A stretch of DNA of 32,000 nt from Methanosphaera stadtmanae DSM 3091 (GCF_000012545.1 NC_007681.1:810001-842000), one strand, 5' to 3'. Shown: positions 18,195 through 27,864, numbered from the stretch's first letter. The notes: generated from the sequence alone by a model not told the origin. Translations and numbers: made by a program.

Positions 18195-18416
18195 TTATTT
18201 TTCTGCTGCTTTTATAGCATTGTAACATCTTTGACATAATATTCTAGGTAAAGTTTCATCTAGTTTTTCAGCAGGGAATGGGTATCCTCCTGTCCATACT
18301 TCAAGTTCTTCATGTACAATATGATCTTCACATAAACCCATACCACAAACTATACAAATAGCTATTGCTTCTGTATCCTTACCTTCTTTAGCACAAACAT
18401 AACATTTCATTTTCAT
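18195..18416 (-). CDS. DUF2180-type archaeal zinc-ribbon protein
   Basis: 73 aa. It has MKCYVCAKEGKDTEAIAICIVCGMGLCEDH ... LCQRCY, four Cys pairs typical of this methanogen-associated family, from memory. Confidence 0.6.
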   Translation of the reverse strand: MKMKCYVCAKEGKDTEAIAICIVCGMGLCEDHIVHEELEVWTGGYPFPAEKLDETLPRILCQRCYNAIKAAEK

Positions 18417-18599
18417 TGCCTCCTTTGATTTCTTTTTTATTTAATCTAGTATTTATATTAATACTTAATGATTAACACCTTTTTAATAAAGAAGTAATAA
18501 ATATTCATATTTTGTAATGTTTTTTTAAAAAAATAGTGATTTTTTTTATTTATTTTTAGAAATATACCATAAATATATATTTTACTTAGTATATAATTA

Positions 18600-19223
18600 T
18601 TAATGATTCTTGTTTTCTTTGATGTAGTTCCATATATGTTTTAAATTCATATTAATTATCTCTTTTGAATTAAAATTCTTCTGAAAAATCCATAAAAAGA
18701 AAATTCCATTAATATTGGATTTAATAAACAATACCAATTCATTAGTATCTAAATTAGATTGAATTTCACCTTTATTTTTTCCATTTTCTATTATATTTCT
18801 AATAGATTGGGTGTATTTAAAATTAAAATCATTATATTTCTGATTTATTTCTTTATATTTTTGCATTCCTTCAAAAGAAATTACAAGAATTTTCTTAAAA
18901 TCATTTTCATTATTAAAAACATATTTTGGTTGATATTCATTATCTAGTCCTAGTATTCCCTTGTAAAAAACAGTTAATCTAGTAAAAGTATCTCCATTAC
19001 AATTATTTGCTTCATCTAAACAATCATAATAAACCTTTAGAACATATTTATTTAATACATTTTCAATAATTTCATCCTTATTTTTAAAATGATAATACAA
19101 TGTTCCCGGACTAATGTTTGATGCTCTACTTATATCTTCTGATGAAACATTGTAAAGTCCTTTTTTAAGAAATAATTTATAAGTATTTTCTAGTATTTTG
19201 TTATATGTATTCAAATTTAACAA
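18600..19223 (-). CDS. TetR/AcrR-family transcriptional regulator (TTG start)
   Basis: The N-terminal helix-turn-helix is VSSEDISRASNISPGTLYYHFKNKDEI. It lies 35 nt downstream of the dehydrogenase gene on the same strand. Confidence 0.85.
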   Translation of the reverse strand: MLNLNTYNKILENTYKLFLKKGLYNVSSEDISRASNISPGTLYYHFKNKDEIIENVLNKYVLKVYYDCLDEANNCNGDTFTRLTVFYKGILGLDNEYQPKYVFNNENDFKKILVISFEGMQKYKEINQKYNDFNFKYTQSIRNIIENGKNKGEIQSNLDTNELVLFIKSNINGIFFLWIFQKNFNSKEIINMNLKHIWNYIKENKNH

Positions 19224-19258
19224 ATCCTTAAATAAAAAAAGATAGATGAATATGTGTT

Positions 19259-20203
19259 TTATTCATCTGTATAATCATAGAATCCTTTTCCTGCATTCAC
19301 ACCTAATTCTCCAGCATCAATTTTCTTTTTTAATGCTGCAGATACTTTTCCTTGAATAGTATTTATATCAGATGATCTAGGATCCATAAGTCCAATATTG
19401 TATGCTGTTGTAAGTCCAACAATATCTAGTATTTGGAATGGGCCAAGAGGAGCACCTGTTGCAAGTCTCCATGTTAAATCAATTGTTTCAACATCTGCAA
19501 CATCGTCAGCCCATAGTCCTTGAGCAGCACTTAAAAATGGAACAAGTAATGAATTTAAAATATATGCTGGCTGTTCTTTTTTTAATTTAAGTGGAACCAT
19601 ACCAATAGCTTGTGCAAATTCAACAACTTGATTATAATACTCAGAACTTGTATTTGCATGACCCATTATTTCTGCAGTATTATTTCTATATATATCATTT
19701 GCAAAATGTAGTGCTAAGTATTTTTCAGGACGACCTGTATAATCTGCAAAAGTACTTGGAAGTAGTGTTGAAGAGTTAGTTACAATCACTGTTTTTTCTG
19801 GAAGATATTTTGCAAGTTCTGTGTAAAATGCTATTTTCTGTTTAGGATCTTCTGCAATTGCTTCAATAACTAAATCAGCATCTTTTGCAGCTTCTTCATA
19901 ACTGGTTGTTAATGTAAGATTATCATAACCTTTTATTAGATTATCTTTTAATTCATCTATTTTGTCATCTGTTAAGTCTTTTTTGTCACTTAATCCTCTG
20001 CAATATGCTTGTGGATTTGTTTTCATAGCTTCAAGAGTTTGAAGGTATATGTTTTTAAATCTTTCAAGTTTAGGTTTTGCTCTGTCAATTGAACCTTCAC
20101 TTCTTAACCATATTGTTACATCAAATCCTTTAAATGCAGTTTGTAGTGCGATTTGACTACCAAGTACTCCACTACCTGCAACAACTACTTTTTTAAAATC
20201 CAT
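19259..20203 (-). CDS. 3-hydroxyacyl-CoA dehydrogenase family protein (NAD-binding)
   Basis: The Rossmann motif is KKVVVAGSGVLGSQIA. It has NSS..LPS and a C-terminal GELGVNAGKGFYDY. An AAGGAGAC ribosome-binding site sits 8 nt upstream of the ATG. Confidence 0.8.
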   Translation of the reverse strand: MDFKKVVVAGSGVLGSQIALQTAFKGFDVTIWLRSEGSIDRAKPKLERFKNIYLQTLEAMKTNPQAYCRGLSDKKDLTDDKIDELKDNLIKGYDNLTLTTSYEEAAKDADLVIEAIAEDPKQKIAFYTELAKYLPEKTVIVTNSSTLLPSTFADYTGRPEKYLALHFANDIYRNNTAEIMGHANTSSEYYNQVVEFAQAIGMVPLKLKKEQPAYILNSLLVPFLSAAQGLWADDVADVETIDLTWRLATGAPLGPFQILDIVGLTTAYNIGLMDPRSSDINTIQGKVSAALKKKIDAGELGVNAGKGFYDYTDE

Positions 20204-20263
20204 AGTTTTTGTCTCCTTCTTGTTGTTATTTATATGTTATTTTTAATTTTATATTTAAACTTA

Positions 20264-20279
20264 TCGAGTATTTACTCGA
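20264..20279. promoter_or_regulatory. candidate TetR operator: palindrome TCGAGTA-tt-TACTCGA abutting a TATA-like element
   Basis: Perfect 7-bp arms lie 61-76 nt upstream of the dehydrogenase ATG (20203, minus strand). It sits directly next to TTTAAATAT, read on the minus strand (about 20250-20259). Confidence 0.45.
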
Positions 20280-20546
20280 ATAGTAATAATTAATAATTAT
20301 AATTTAATTATATTCTATAACTCTTATAACATAAACTTCCCATATTAGAAAAATCATAACTACTATTTTCAAAAATATGATAAAAGAAGAATTTTCAAAA
20401 ATAATACAGAAGAAAGAGTTAAAAAGTAGATAAAACTTGAAAAATAGAGGGTGTTATGATATTTTCATTTATAGATATTCCATATACAAGTATATAAAGA
20501 AATTAAAAATATTATCATGGCTGGTCTATACTAAAATTTAAAAGGA

Positions 20547-20572
20547 ATGATATTGAAATTAAACAATATCAT
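20547..20572 (-). terminator. hairpin (9-bp arms, 8-nt loop) downstream of the acidic repeat-protein gene
   Basis: ATGATATTG-aaattaaa-CAATATCAT lies about 40 nt past the stop at 20611. On the minus strand it is followed by tccttttaaatttt. Confidence 0.35.
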
Positions 20573-20610
20573 ATCTTTTTTTCATAATATAGTTTTAGGT
20601 AATTCATATA

Positions 20611-21561
20611 TTATTGTTCTATTGGAGGTAAGTGAAGATATGTAGCAATCATCATTAACATATCTAATATTTTTGTGAATATGTTCTTTTTTCTTGTTTT
20701 ATCATTTTCTATGATGTCTATGTTATTTTCTTCATTAGTGTTATCAGTTTCAAATAGTTTTTGACTACTTTTAATGAAATTGTTATTTATTTTTTTAAGT
20801 TCATTGTTTTTACTTGGTTGTAATGTATTTTTATTGTATTTTTGTGTGTTATCTGTGCTTATGGTGTTAGTGTTATATGTTGTTGTTTTAATGGTTTTTT
20901 TATTCTCTTCTAAATTAGATGATGAGTCTTTTAGAAATTCAGTGTCGTTTGTGTTTTCCATATCTTCTATTTCATTTTTTTCTATTTCATCACAGTTTAT
21001 GTTCTCTATGTTATCTTCATCTTCTGGGTATGGTATGTAGTCTGTTTTATCTTCATTTTCATAGTCTATTCCATCATCTTCATCTTGTGCATTGTTGTTT
21101 TCTTCTATTTCATCATCTATTGTGTAGTATGGTTTGTTATCTATGTTATCTTCATCTTCTGGGTATGGTATGTAGTCTGTTTTATCTTCATTTTCATAGT
21201 CTATTCCATCATCTTCATCTTGTGCATTGTTGTTTTCTTCTATTTCATCATCTATTGTGTAGTATGGTTTGTTATCTTCATCTTCTAGGTATGGTGTGTA
21301 GTCTGTTTTATCTTCATTTTCATAGTCTATTCCATCATCTTCATCTTGTGCATTGTTGTTTTCTTCTATTTCATCATCTATTGTGTAGTATGGTTTGTTG
21401 TCAGCGTTTATGTTTGTTTTTGTTGTTTCTGGATTGTTGTTCTTTTCTATATTTTGTTTTTCTTGTGTAATTTCTGTGTTTGTATCAGTTGCACTTATAG
21501 TTGTTAGTCCTATTAATAATATTATCAATGTTATAATAAATATTAATTTTTTATCTTTCAT
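20611..21561 (-). CDS. secreted, highly acidic tandem-repeat protein
   Basis: The signal/anchor is MKDKKLIFIITLIILLIGLTTISATD. Three copies follow of NKPYYTIDDEIEENNNAQDEDDGIDYENEDKTDY(T/I)PY(L/P)EDED(NID/NIE). The tail is Asn/Thr/Lys-rich. Confidence 0.8.
   Translation of the reverse strand: MKDKKLIFIITLIILLIGLTTISATDTNTEITQEKQNIEKNNNPETTKTNINADNKPYYTIDDEIEENNNAQDEDDGIDYENEDKTDYTPYLEDEDNKPYYTIDDEIEENNNAQDEDDGIDYENEDKTDYIPYPEDEDNIDNKPYYTIDDEIEENNNAQDEDDGIDYENEDKTDYIPYPEDEDNIENINCDEIEKNEIEDMENTNDTEFLKDSSSNLEENKKTIKTTTYNTNTISTDNTQKYNKNTLQPSKNNELKKINNNFIKSSQKLFETDNTNEENNIDIIENDKTRKKNIFTKILDMLMMIATYLHLPPIEQ
21004..21399 (-). repeat. three tandem coding repeats (135, 135 and 126 nt)
   Basis: The units starting at 21006 and 21141 look identical by eye over about 135 nt. 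The third unit, from about 21271, lacks 9 nt and carries a few substitutions. Confidence 0.85.
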
Positions 21562-21890
21562 GTTACCACTTTTATTTTAAAAATTCTAATTCAAATTAAG
21601 TTTATAAAAAACAATAATAATTTGAATTATTTCTTTTTTTGTAGTGCGTAGTTAATAAATCTATGGTTATTTATTAAAATATTATTGACTAGTTTTATAC
21701 AACGCTTTATTATTTTATTTAACACATGTTCTTGTATGGTTTTTATACTAATTATTAGTATTTTTTAATTCATTTACAAGCAATAATACATGTTATTCAA
21801 TAATTAGTTTAATTTACTTTTTTAAAATTAGAATTAGGACTTTGTAGAAATGATTTTTACAAAGACAAAAAAAGGAAGGGAATGAGTTCT

Positions 21891-24059
21891 CTAAAATAAT
21901 TGTTGAATATAATCAATAATTCTTCTGAAAATAGATTTATTTTCCTCATAAGTATTATATTCTTTGATTTCTTTTATTGCACGTTTTTGGAAGAAATCCT
22001 GTGAACTAAATTGTTTTTGCTCTTTAATATATTCATAATCACCTTTTTTATTGATTCTACGACCTTTAATATCATCTTTTAGCATGGCTTCTATATCTTC
22101 AAGAATTCTTTTTCTAATATCAAAATCTTCAATAGGACATGCAACTTCAACTCTTTTTGCCGTATTTCTGGTCATAATATCAGCACTGGAAATATAAATT
22201 TTTCTATCAGAACCCTTACCAAAAATATAAATTCTTGAATGTTCAAGATATCTGCCAACAATACTTCTAACTTCAATATTGTCTGTTTTACCTGGAAGTC
22301 CTGGTATTATACAACAAATACCTCTTATTATCATGGTTATTTTAACACCCTTCTGGGAAGCTTCAACTAACTTGTTAATAATCTTTCTATCAGTTAAGGA
22401 ATTCATCTTCATTATAATTCCATTTTCCATATTATTTTCTGACTTCTTTATTTCCTCATCAATATATTTAATTATATTATTTCTAAGACTAGTTGGAGCA
22501 ACAAGTAACTTATCATATGTTCCATTAAGATTAGATAATGCCATATTTTTAAAGAAACGTATAGCATCTTCTCCTATTGTTTGATTTGATGTAAGATATG
22601 CATAATCAGTATATAACTTTGCAGTTTTCTCATTATAATTTCCAGTACCAATCTGAGTATAATGAGTTATTTTATTTTTAGATTTTCTTGTTACAACACA
22701 AATCTTTGAATGAACCTTGTAATTTTCAAAACCATAAATTATTTGACATCCTGCTTCTTCAAGAAGTTCAGCATTATATATGTTGTTTTTCTCATCAAAA
22801 CGTGCACGTAATTCAATAAGAACAGTTACATCCTTTTCATTTTCAATAGCTTCAAGTAAATATTTAATTACATGGGATGATCTTGCAACACGATATAATG
22901 TAATTTTAATGGATGTTACATCATCATCATTTGCAGCTTCTTTTAAAAATCCAAGAAATGTGTTCATGGATTCATATGGATAGAAAAGTAGGACATCTTT
23001 TTTATCTAATTGTTTAAATACTGATTTTTTAGTATTAAGATTTGGTGATTTTTGAGACTTAAATTCTGGAAATGTTAATTCTTCCTTAATTTGTTGTGGC
23101 AGAGAATCAATTAAATCATAGGTATAATCCATATTAATAGGAGTATTTGTTACAAAGACTTGATTTTTATGTAAATCAAGTTTACGTCTTAAATTCTTGT
23201 TATATTTATGATTATAGTATTTATAAAACTCTAACCTTATAGGTGCAAGCCTATTTCTTTTTTTAAGAATATTTTTCATATAGTGTCTATAATCTTCATC
23301 CTCATCTATTGGAGAGTTTTGTAAGTTCACATCAGCATTTCTTGTTACTGCTGTAATTGTAGAATATTTAACAGTATAATTTGAAAATATTTTCTCTGCA
23401 AATGCATAGATTAATTCTTCCATAAGAATATATTCATGTGTACCTGGAAACATCACATATGCAGGTAACTGTTTTGGTATAGGTATTAATCCCATACAAC
23501 GAGTATTTTCATTCTCAAGTATGGAATAAATATACAACTTCTTATTAATCATATGTGGAAATGGATGTCTTAGATCTATAATTTGTGGAGAAAGTAGTGG
23601 TGAGACATTTTCATAGAAATATTGTGTTATGTATTTTCTTTTTAAACTATCTAGTTCATCAAAACTATGTCTAATAATACGATATTCACGTAACTTAGCC
23701 AATATCTTAGAATATATTTCATCTTTTTCTTTATAAAGAGGTGCTGTTTTTTCATATATTAAATTCAATTGTTCCTTTGCAGTAAGTCCTGTTTTATTAT
23801 CTCTAAGTTTTTTATCAACAAGACTTATATCATATAAACTTCCACATCTAATCATGTAAAATTCATCAAGATTACTTGTGAATATTGATATGAATTTTAC
23901 TTTTTCAAGAAGAGGAACTGTTTCATCAGCAGCTTCTCTAAGTACTCTTTGATTAAATTTAAGCCATGATAACTCCCTATTTTGTGTATATTTATATTTA
24001 GAAGGAGTTTCTTTTTTTCTTATTATATTATTGGTTTCATTCATTGTCATTTTTATCAT
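21891..24059 (-). CDS. ppk1: polyphosphate kinase 1
   Basis: 722 aa. The N-terminal signature is NRELSWLKFNQRVLREA. It has SNLDEFYMIR and two PLD-like HxK regions (KVHSKICVV, LEHSRIYIF). Confidence 0.9.
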   Translation of the reverse strand: MIKMTMNETNNIIRKKETPSKYKYTQNRELSWLKFNQRVLREAADETVPLLEKVKFISIFTSNLDEFYMIRCGSLYDISLVDKKLRDNKTGLTAKEQLNLIYEKTAPLYKEKDEIYSKILAKLREYRIIRHSFDELDSLKRKYITQYFYENVSPLLSPQIIDLRHPFPHMINKKLYIYSILENENTRCMGLIPIPKQLPAYVMFPGTHEYILMEELIYAFAEKIFSNYTVKYSTITAVTRNADVNLQNSPIDEDEDYRHYMKNILKKRNRLAPIRLEFYKYYNHKYNKNLRRKLDLHKNQVFVTNTPINMDYTYDLIDSLPQQIKEELTFPEFKSQKSPNLNTKKSVFKQLDKKDVLLFYPYESMNTFLGFLKEAANDDDVTSIKITLYRVARSSHVIKYLLEAIENEKDVTVLIELRARFDEKNNIYNAELLEEAGCQIIYGFENYKVHSKICVVTRKSKNKITHYTQIGTGNYNEKTAKLYTDYAYLTSNQTIGEDAIRFFKNMALSNLNGTYDKLLVAPTSLRNNIIKYIDEEIKKSENNMENGIIMKMNSLTDRKIINKLVEASQKGVKITMIIRGICCIIPGLPGKTDNIEVRSIVGRYLEHSRIYIFGKGSDRKIYISSADIMTRNTAKRVEVACPIEDFDIRKRILEDIEAMLKDDIKGRRINKKGDYEYIKEQKQFSSQDFFQKRAIKEIKEYNTYEENKSIFRRIIDYIQQLF

Positions 24060-24953
24060 TCTCTATAATGGAATATACTACTCCTTCTCGTACAGTTTTA
24101 TGACTTACATGGATTTGTTTTATATTAAAATATTCTGCAATTGTTGCTATTATGACAAGACCTGGTACAAGTGTATGTATACGTTCTGCTTTTACTTGAA
24201 GAATTTTAGTAAAATATTCTTTATTATTTTTATTTAATTCACTTTGTAATTTTTTAAGCATTGCTGGTGTTATAATAGATGTTTTGTCTTCTTTTATACA
24301 TATATGTTCCAATACCTTTTTAATAGCACGTATTGTACCACCAACAGCATATAAGTGGGTGACTGTATGTTTATTTACTTCTGATTTTTTAATTTTCTCT
24401 AATACATCATTTCTTATAGCTTCACATTCACTAGTTGATGGTAACATAACAGATACATATTTGTAGTAACTATTTAGTGAGCCAATATCTATACTTGTTA
24501 ATTCTTGTGGTGTTCTATTGTTAAAGTAAACAATTTCAGAACTTCCTCCACCAACATCACAGAGAATACCCTCATCAGATGTCATTTTTCCACTATTTTT
24601 AACAGCATTAAAACTCATCATAGCTTCAGTTTTACTCTCAAGTAAATATATATCAATATTAAGTTCTTCTTTTATAAGTTGAAGAATATCATCACTATTT
24701 TTGAGATTTCTTATACTAGCAGTTGCAAAGTAACAAACATTATCAACTTTTAATTGAATAAGATTCTTTTAAATGATTTTAATATGGATAATAATGTTTG
24801 AATTCCTTCATCATTTAATTTATTATTTTCTTTATATGAAATAAGACCAGCTGTTTTCTTTTTTGAAATTATTGTTTTAAGTTTTCCTTTTTTATACTGG
24901 TATAGTTGTAATCTTATTGTATTTGAACCTATATCTACTACTGAATATATCAT
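24037..24953 (-). pseudogene. ppx: Ppx/GppA-family exopolyphosphatase, split between two reading frames (switch within 24752-24770)
   Basis: The N-terminal ORF at 24953-24750 (MIYSVVDIGSNTIRL...) ends at TAA. A second frame is open from 24768 and reads KNLIQLKVDNVCYFATASIRNLKNS...LCDVGGGSSEIVYF..., which is the rest of the Ppx/GppA fold. Its 3' end overlaps the ppk1 start by 23 nt. Confidence 0.7.
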
Positions 24954-25345
24954 TCTATTAAACCTTTTATATTACTTTTCATTACTTGAATATTTTTCAT
25001 TTAGTTTATTTATAATTATTTATTCAGAGAATTATTTTTCATATAATGGGTATAATTGCTATAAAATGTAAACAATTTGTGAACAAGAAATTAAAGACTA
25101 AGTAGCAAAGTATGAATTTATTCTATATAATAATACACATTTTAGGAAAAATACTCCTCATGTAATCTATTTAATTTGATATTATGTATTTATTTTTAAT
25201 ACTCTAAAAATGATTAATATTCCATGAATATTTAGAATATTTCCATAAAATTTAAAAAAATAGAAATACATATATATAAATTGTATAAAAACAGAAAAAT
25301 ATTAATTTAGAATAAAAGATAATCTTTAAACTTGAGGAAGAAACA

Positions 25346-27292
25346 ATGGACTTATTTATATTACAAAATATAACAGTAATACTTCTAACAGCTGTTATTA
25401 TTTTATTAATATTCAATAAACTTAAACTCCCTTCAATGATTGGATTGTTTCTTACAGGTATAGTGCTGGGACAGTTTCTTCATTCAGCAGAAACAATAAA
25501 TACAATCTCAGAACTAGGTGTAATATTTTTACTATTTATTATAGGATTAGAATTTTCAATGGAAAAATTCTCATCAATAAAACACTATGCAATAATAGGT
25601 GGTATATTACAAGTTCTACTAACAACATTAATAGTAACGATATTATCAGTACTAGTGGGATTTCCAATAAATCAAGGAATATTCATGGGATTTCTAGTAT
25701 CATTCAGTAGTACAGCTATTGTAATGAAATTAATTCAAGAACGACAAATGAACAATAGTATACAGGGAAAAGTAGTTCTGGGTATACTGATATTTCAGGA
25801 TATAGCAGTTATACTGGTTTTACTTCTAACACCACTACTGGGTGGAAGTAAAATAGATATAACAACACTACCACAAACACTAATAACTGTAGTAACATTA
25901 GTAGTGGTACTAGCAGTATGTTCTAAATGGATAATTCCAAAAGTATTACACATAGCATCATATACAAAAAATAGGGATTTATTCATACTATTAACACTAG
26001 TTATATGTCTTGGTACAACATATGCAACATCCCTTGCAGGAATATCTCCAGAACTTGGAGCATTTATTGCAGGACTTATGATTTCAAAAACAGAATTCAG
26101 TCACCAAACACTAGGATATGTAGAACCATTTCAGGACGTGTTTATGAGCCTGTTTTTAATATCAATAGGTTTAATGTTAGATGTAAACTACTTCATTAGT
26201 AACATAGTATTAATAATTGCCCTTGCAATAGTTGTATTAGTAGTTAAAATATTAGCAACAGGAACAACAATTGCAGTACTAAAATTACCAATGAGAATTA
26301 TAGTAATAGTATCAGTATTACTATCACAAATAGGAGAATTTTCATTTATATTGGCAGCAGAAGGACTAAAATATAATCTAATAACAAATGATTTATTCAC
26401 CTTATTTTTAGCAACAACAGTAATTACAATGTCATTAACACCATTTTTACAAAAACTAACACCAAAAATAATTGAAAAAATAGGAAATAGAGGTATGCGT
26501 CTTCCAGAAAATGATGAAGCACTACCAACACAAATAGATGAAAATGATGAAAACATATCAGACCATGTGATACTAGCAGGATTTGGTGTAAATGGAAGAA
26601 ACATAGCAAAAGCATGTAAAAACCAAAACATACCATACATAGCAATAGATCTAAATCCTATAATTGTTAAAAGACAAAAAGCATTAGGAGAACATATTAT
26701 TTATGGTGATGCTTCAAAAGAAAATATACTAGAAGAAGTTAATATTTCAAAGGCAAAAATGATAATTATAGCAACAACAGATTATAGGGGAAGTCTTAAA
26801 GCAACAGATACTGCACGTAGATTAAATCCGAATATACACATAGAAGTAAGAACTAAATACATAAAAAATGTTGATGAATTATATGAAGCAGGAGCAGATG
26901 AAGTAATACCTGAAGAATTTGAAACAGGACTTGTGATCTTCTCACGTATAATGGACTTCTATAACAAAGATCCTGATGAAATAACAGAGACAATAAATGA
27001 GCTTAGATCAGACCATTACAATGAATTAAGATTGATTTCAACTGATGATTTATCATTAGATCTTAATGAAGCAGACACAGACTTAATAGCAGATTCAATA
27101 TACATAGATGAAAATAAATCACTGGATGATTATGACTTTAATAAATATGATCTAACAATAACATCTATAATACGAGGAAATGATACAATAACTGAATTTA
27201 GTGATAAATTCCAATTACTTGAAAATGATATAGTGTTATTTACAGGTAATGAATCAGATATTAACAGATTCATGAATGTATATAAATACTAA
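25346..27292 (+). CDS. CPA2-family monovalent cation:proton antiporter (Kef-type) with C-terminal TrkA-N and TrkA-C (RCK) domains
   Basis: About 12 transmembrane helices are followed by HVILAGFGVNGRNIAKA (GxGxxG Rossmann) and a TrkA-C-like tail, ITSIIRGNDTI...ENDIVLFTG. A GAGGAAG ribosome-binding site is present. Confidence 0.85.
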   Translation: MDLFILQNITVILLTAVIILLIFNKLKLPSMIGLFLTGIVLGQFLHSAETINTISELGVIFLLFIIGLEFSMEKFSSIKHYAIIGGILQVLLTTLIVTILSVLVGFPINQGIFMGFLVSFSSTAIVMKLIQERQMNNSIQGKVVLGILIFQDIAVILVLLLTPLLGGSKIDITTLPQTLITVVTLVVVLAVCSKWIIPKVLHIASYTKNRDLFILLTLVICLGTTYATSLAGISPELGAFIAGLMISKTEFSHQTLGYVEPFQDVFMSLFLISIGLMLDVNYFISNIVLIIALAIVVLVVKILATGTTIAVLKLPMRIIVIVSVLLSQIGEFSFILAAEGLKYNLITNDLFTLFLATTVITMSLTPFLQKLTPKIIEKIGNRGMRLPENDEALPTQIDENDENISDHVILAGFGVNGRNIAKACKNQNIPYIAIDLNPIIVKRQKALGEHIIYGDASKENILEEVNISKAKMIIIATTDYRGSLKATDTARRLNPNIHIEVRTKYIKNVDELYEAGADEVIPEEFETGLVIFSRIMDFYNKDPDEITETINELRSDHYNELRLISTDDLSLDLNEADTDLIADSIYIDENKSLDDYDFNKYDLTITSIIRGNDTITEFSDKFQLLENDIVLFTGNESDINRFMNVYKY

Positions 27293-27420
27293 AAAATTTT
27301 CTTTTTTAACCTCCCCTTTAATAAAAAACCTACTTTTTATAGAAATATATGCAATATTAAATACTATAGAGAACTTAGCTTTTTTATAATATAAAATTAT
27401 CTAATGTAAAAAAATCATTA

Positions 27421-27729
27421 GCTCATCTTAGTTTAAAAATAAACACTCAGAAGAAACACATCTTAACTCAAATATGGATTAAAAATAATAATGAATTATT
27501 TGAATACTTATTTACCAATAAAGAAACGATAGAAGAAGAGTTAGGCTTTGAATTATTTTGGAGGAATAAAGAAAACAATAAATCATCAACAATAGGTATT
27601 AGACGTAATATAGATTCAATAAAGAAAGATAACTGGGATGAATATATTAAATGGCACATAGATATGGGCGAAAAATTCAATAAGGTATTTGCTCCTATAA
27701 TTAAAGAATTTGAAAATGAACACTGCTAA
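27421..27729 (+). pseudogene. 5'-truncated remnant of a DUF4268-like gene
   Basis: Frame 1 is open from 27421 to TAA at 27727-27729 with no start codon. Three stops lie just upstream. The translation is ...ELFEYLFTNKETIEEELGFELFWRNKENNKSSTIGIRRNIDSIKKDNWDEYIKWHIDMGEKFNKVFAPIIKEF, which fits the DUF4268 C-terminal pattern (IE.elG..L.W.r...k.srI......d...W.e...W......l..vf.P.i). Confidence 0.5.
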
Positions 27730-27864
27730 TTGCAAGATACTTAACATGATTAGGTAGAAACCTGTTTATTAATTAATAAAACATGTTTACAAATAAATTA
27801 GATAATATCATATAAATAACATATTTTTTTTTAAAAAAGAGAAGAAGTAATGAAATACTATCGA

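Noticed and set aside
20774-21580. Plus-strand ORFs of 61-183 aa (20774-21040, 20919-21470, 21085-21288, 21395-21580) opposite the acidic repeat-protein gene
   Set aside because: They are antisense shadows. Their H/L/F/C-rich low-complexity sequence simply mirrors the tandem repeat of the minus-strand gene, which has a proper signal peptide and start context.
27468-27680. Minus-strand 70-aa ORF
   Set aside because: It is antisense to the DUF4268-like remnant, whose plus-strand translation shows a recognisable domain pattern.
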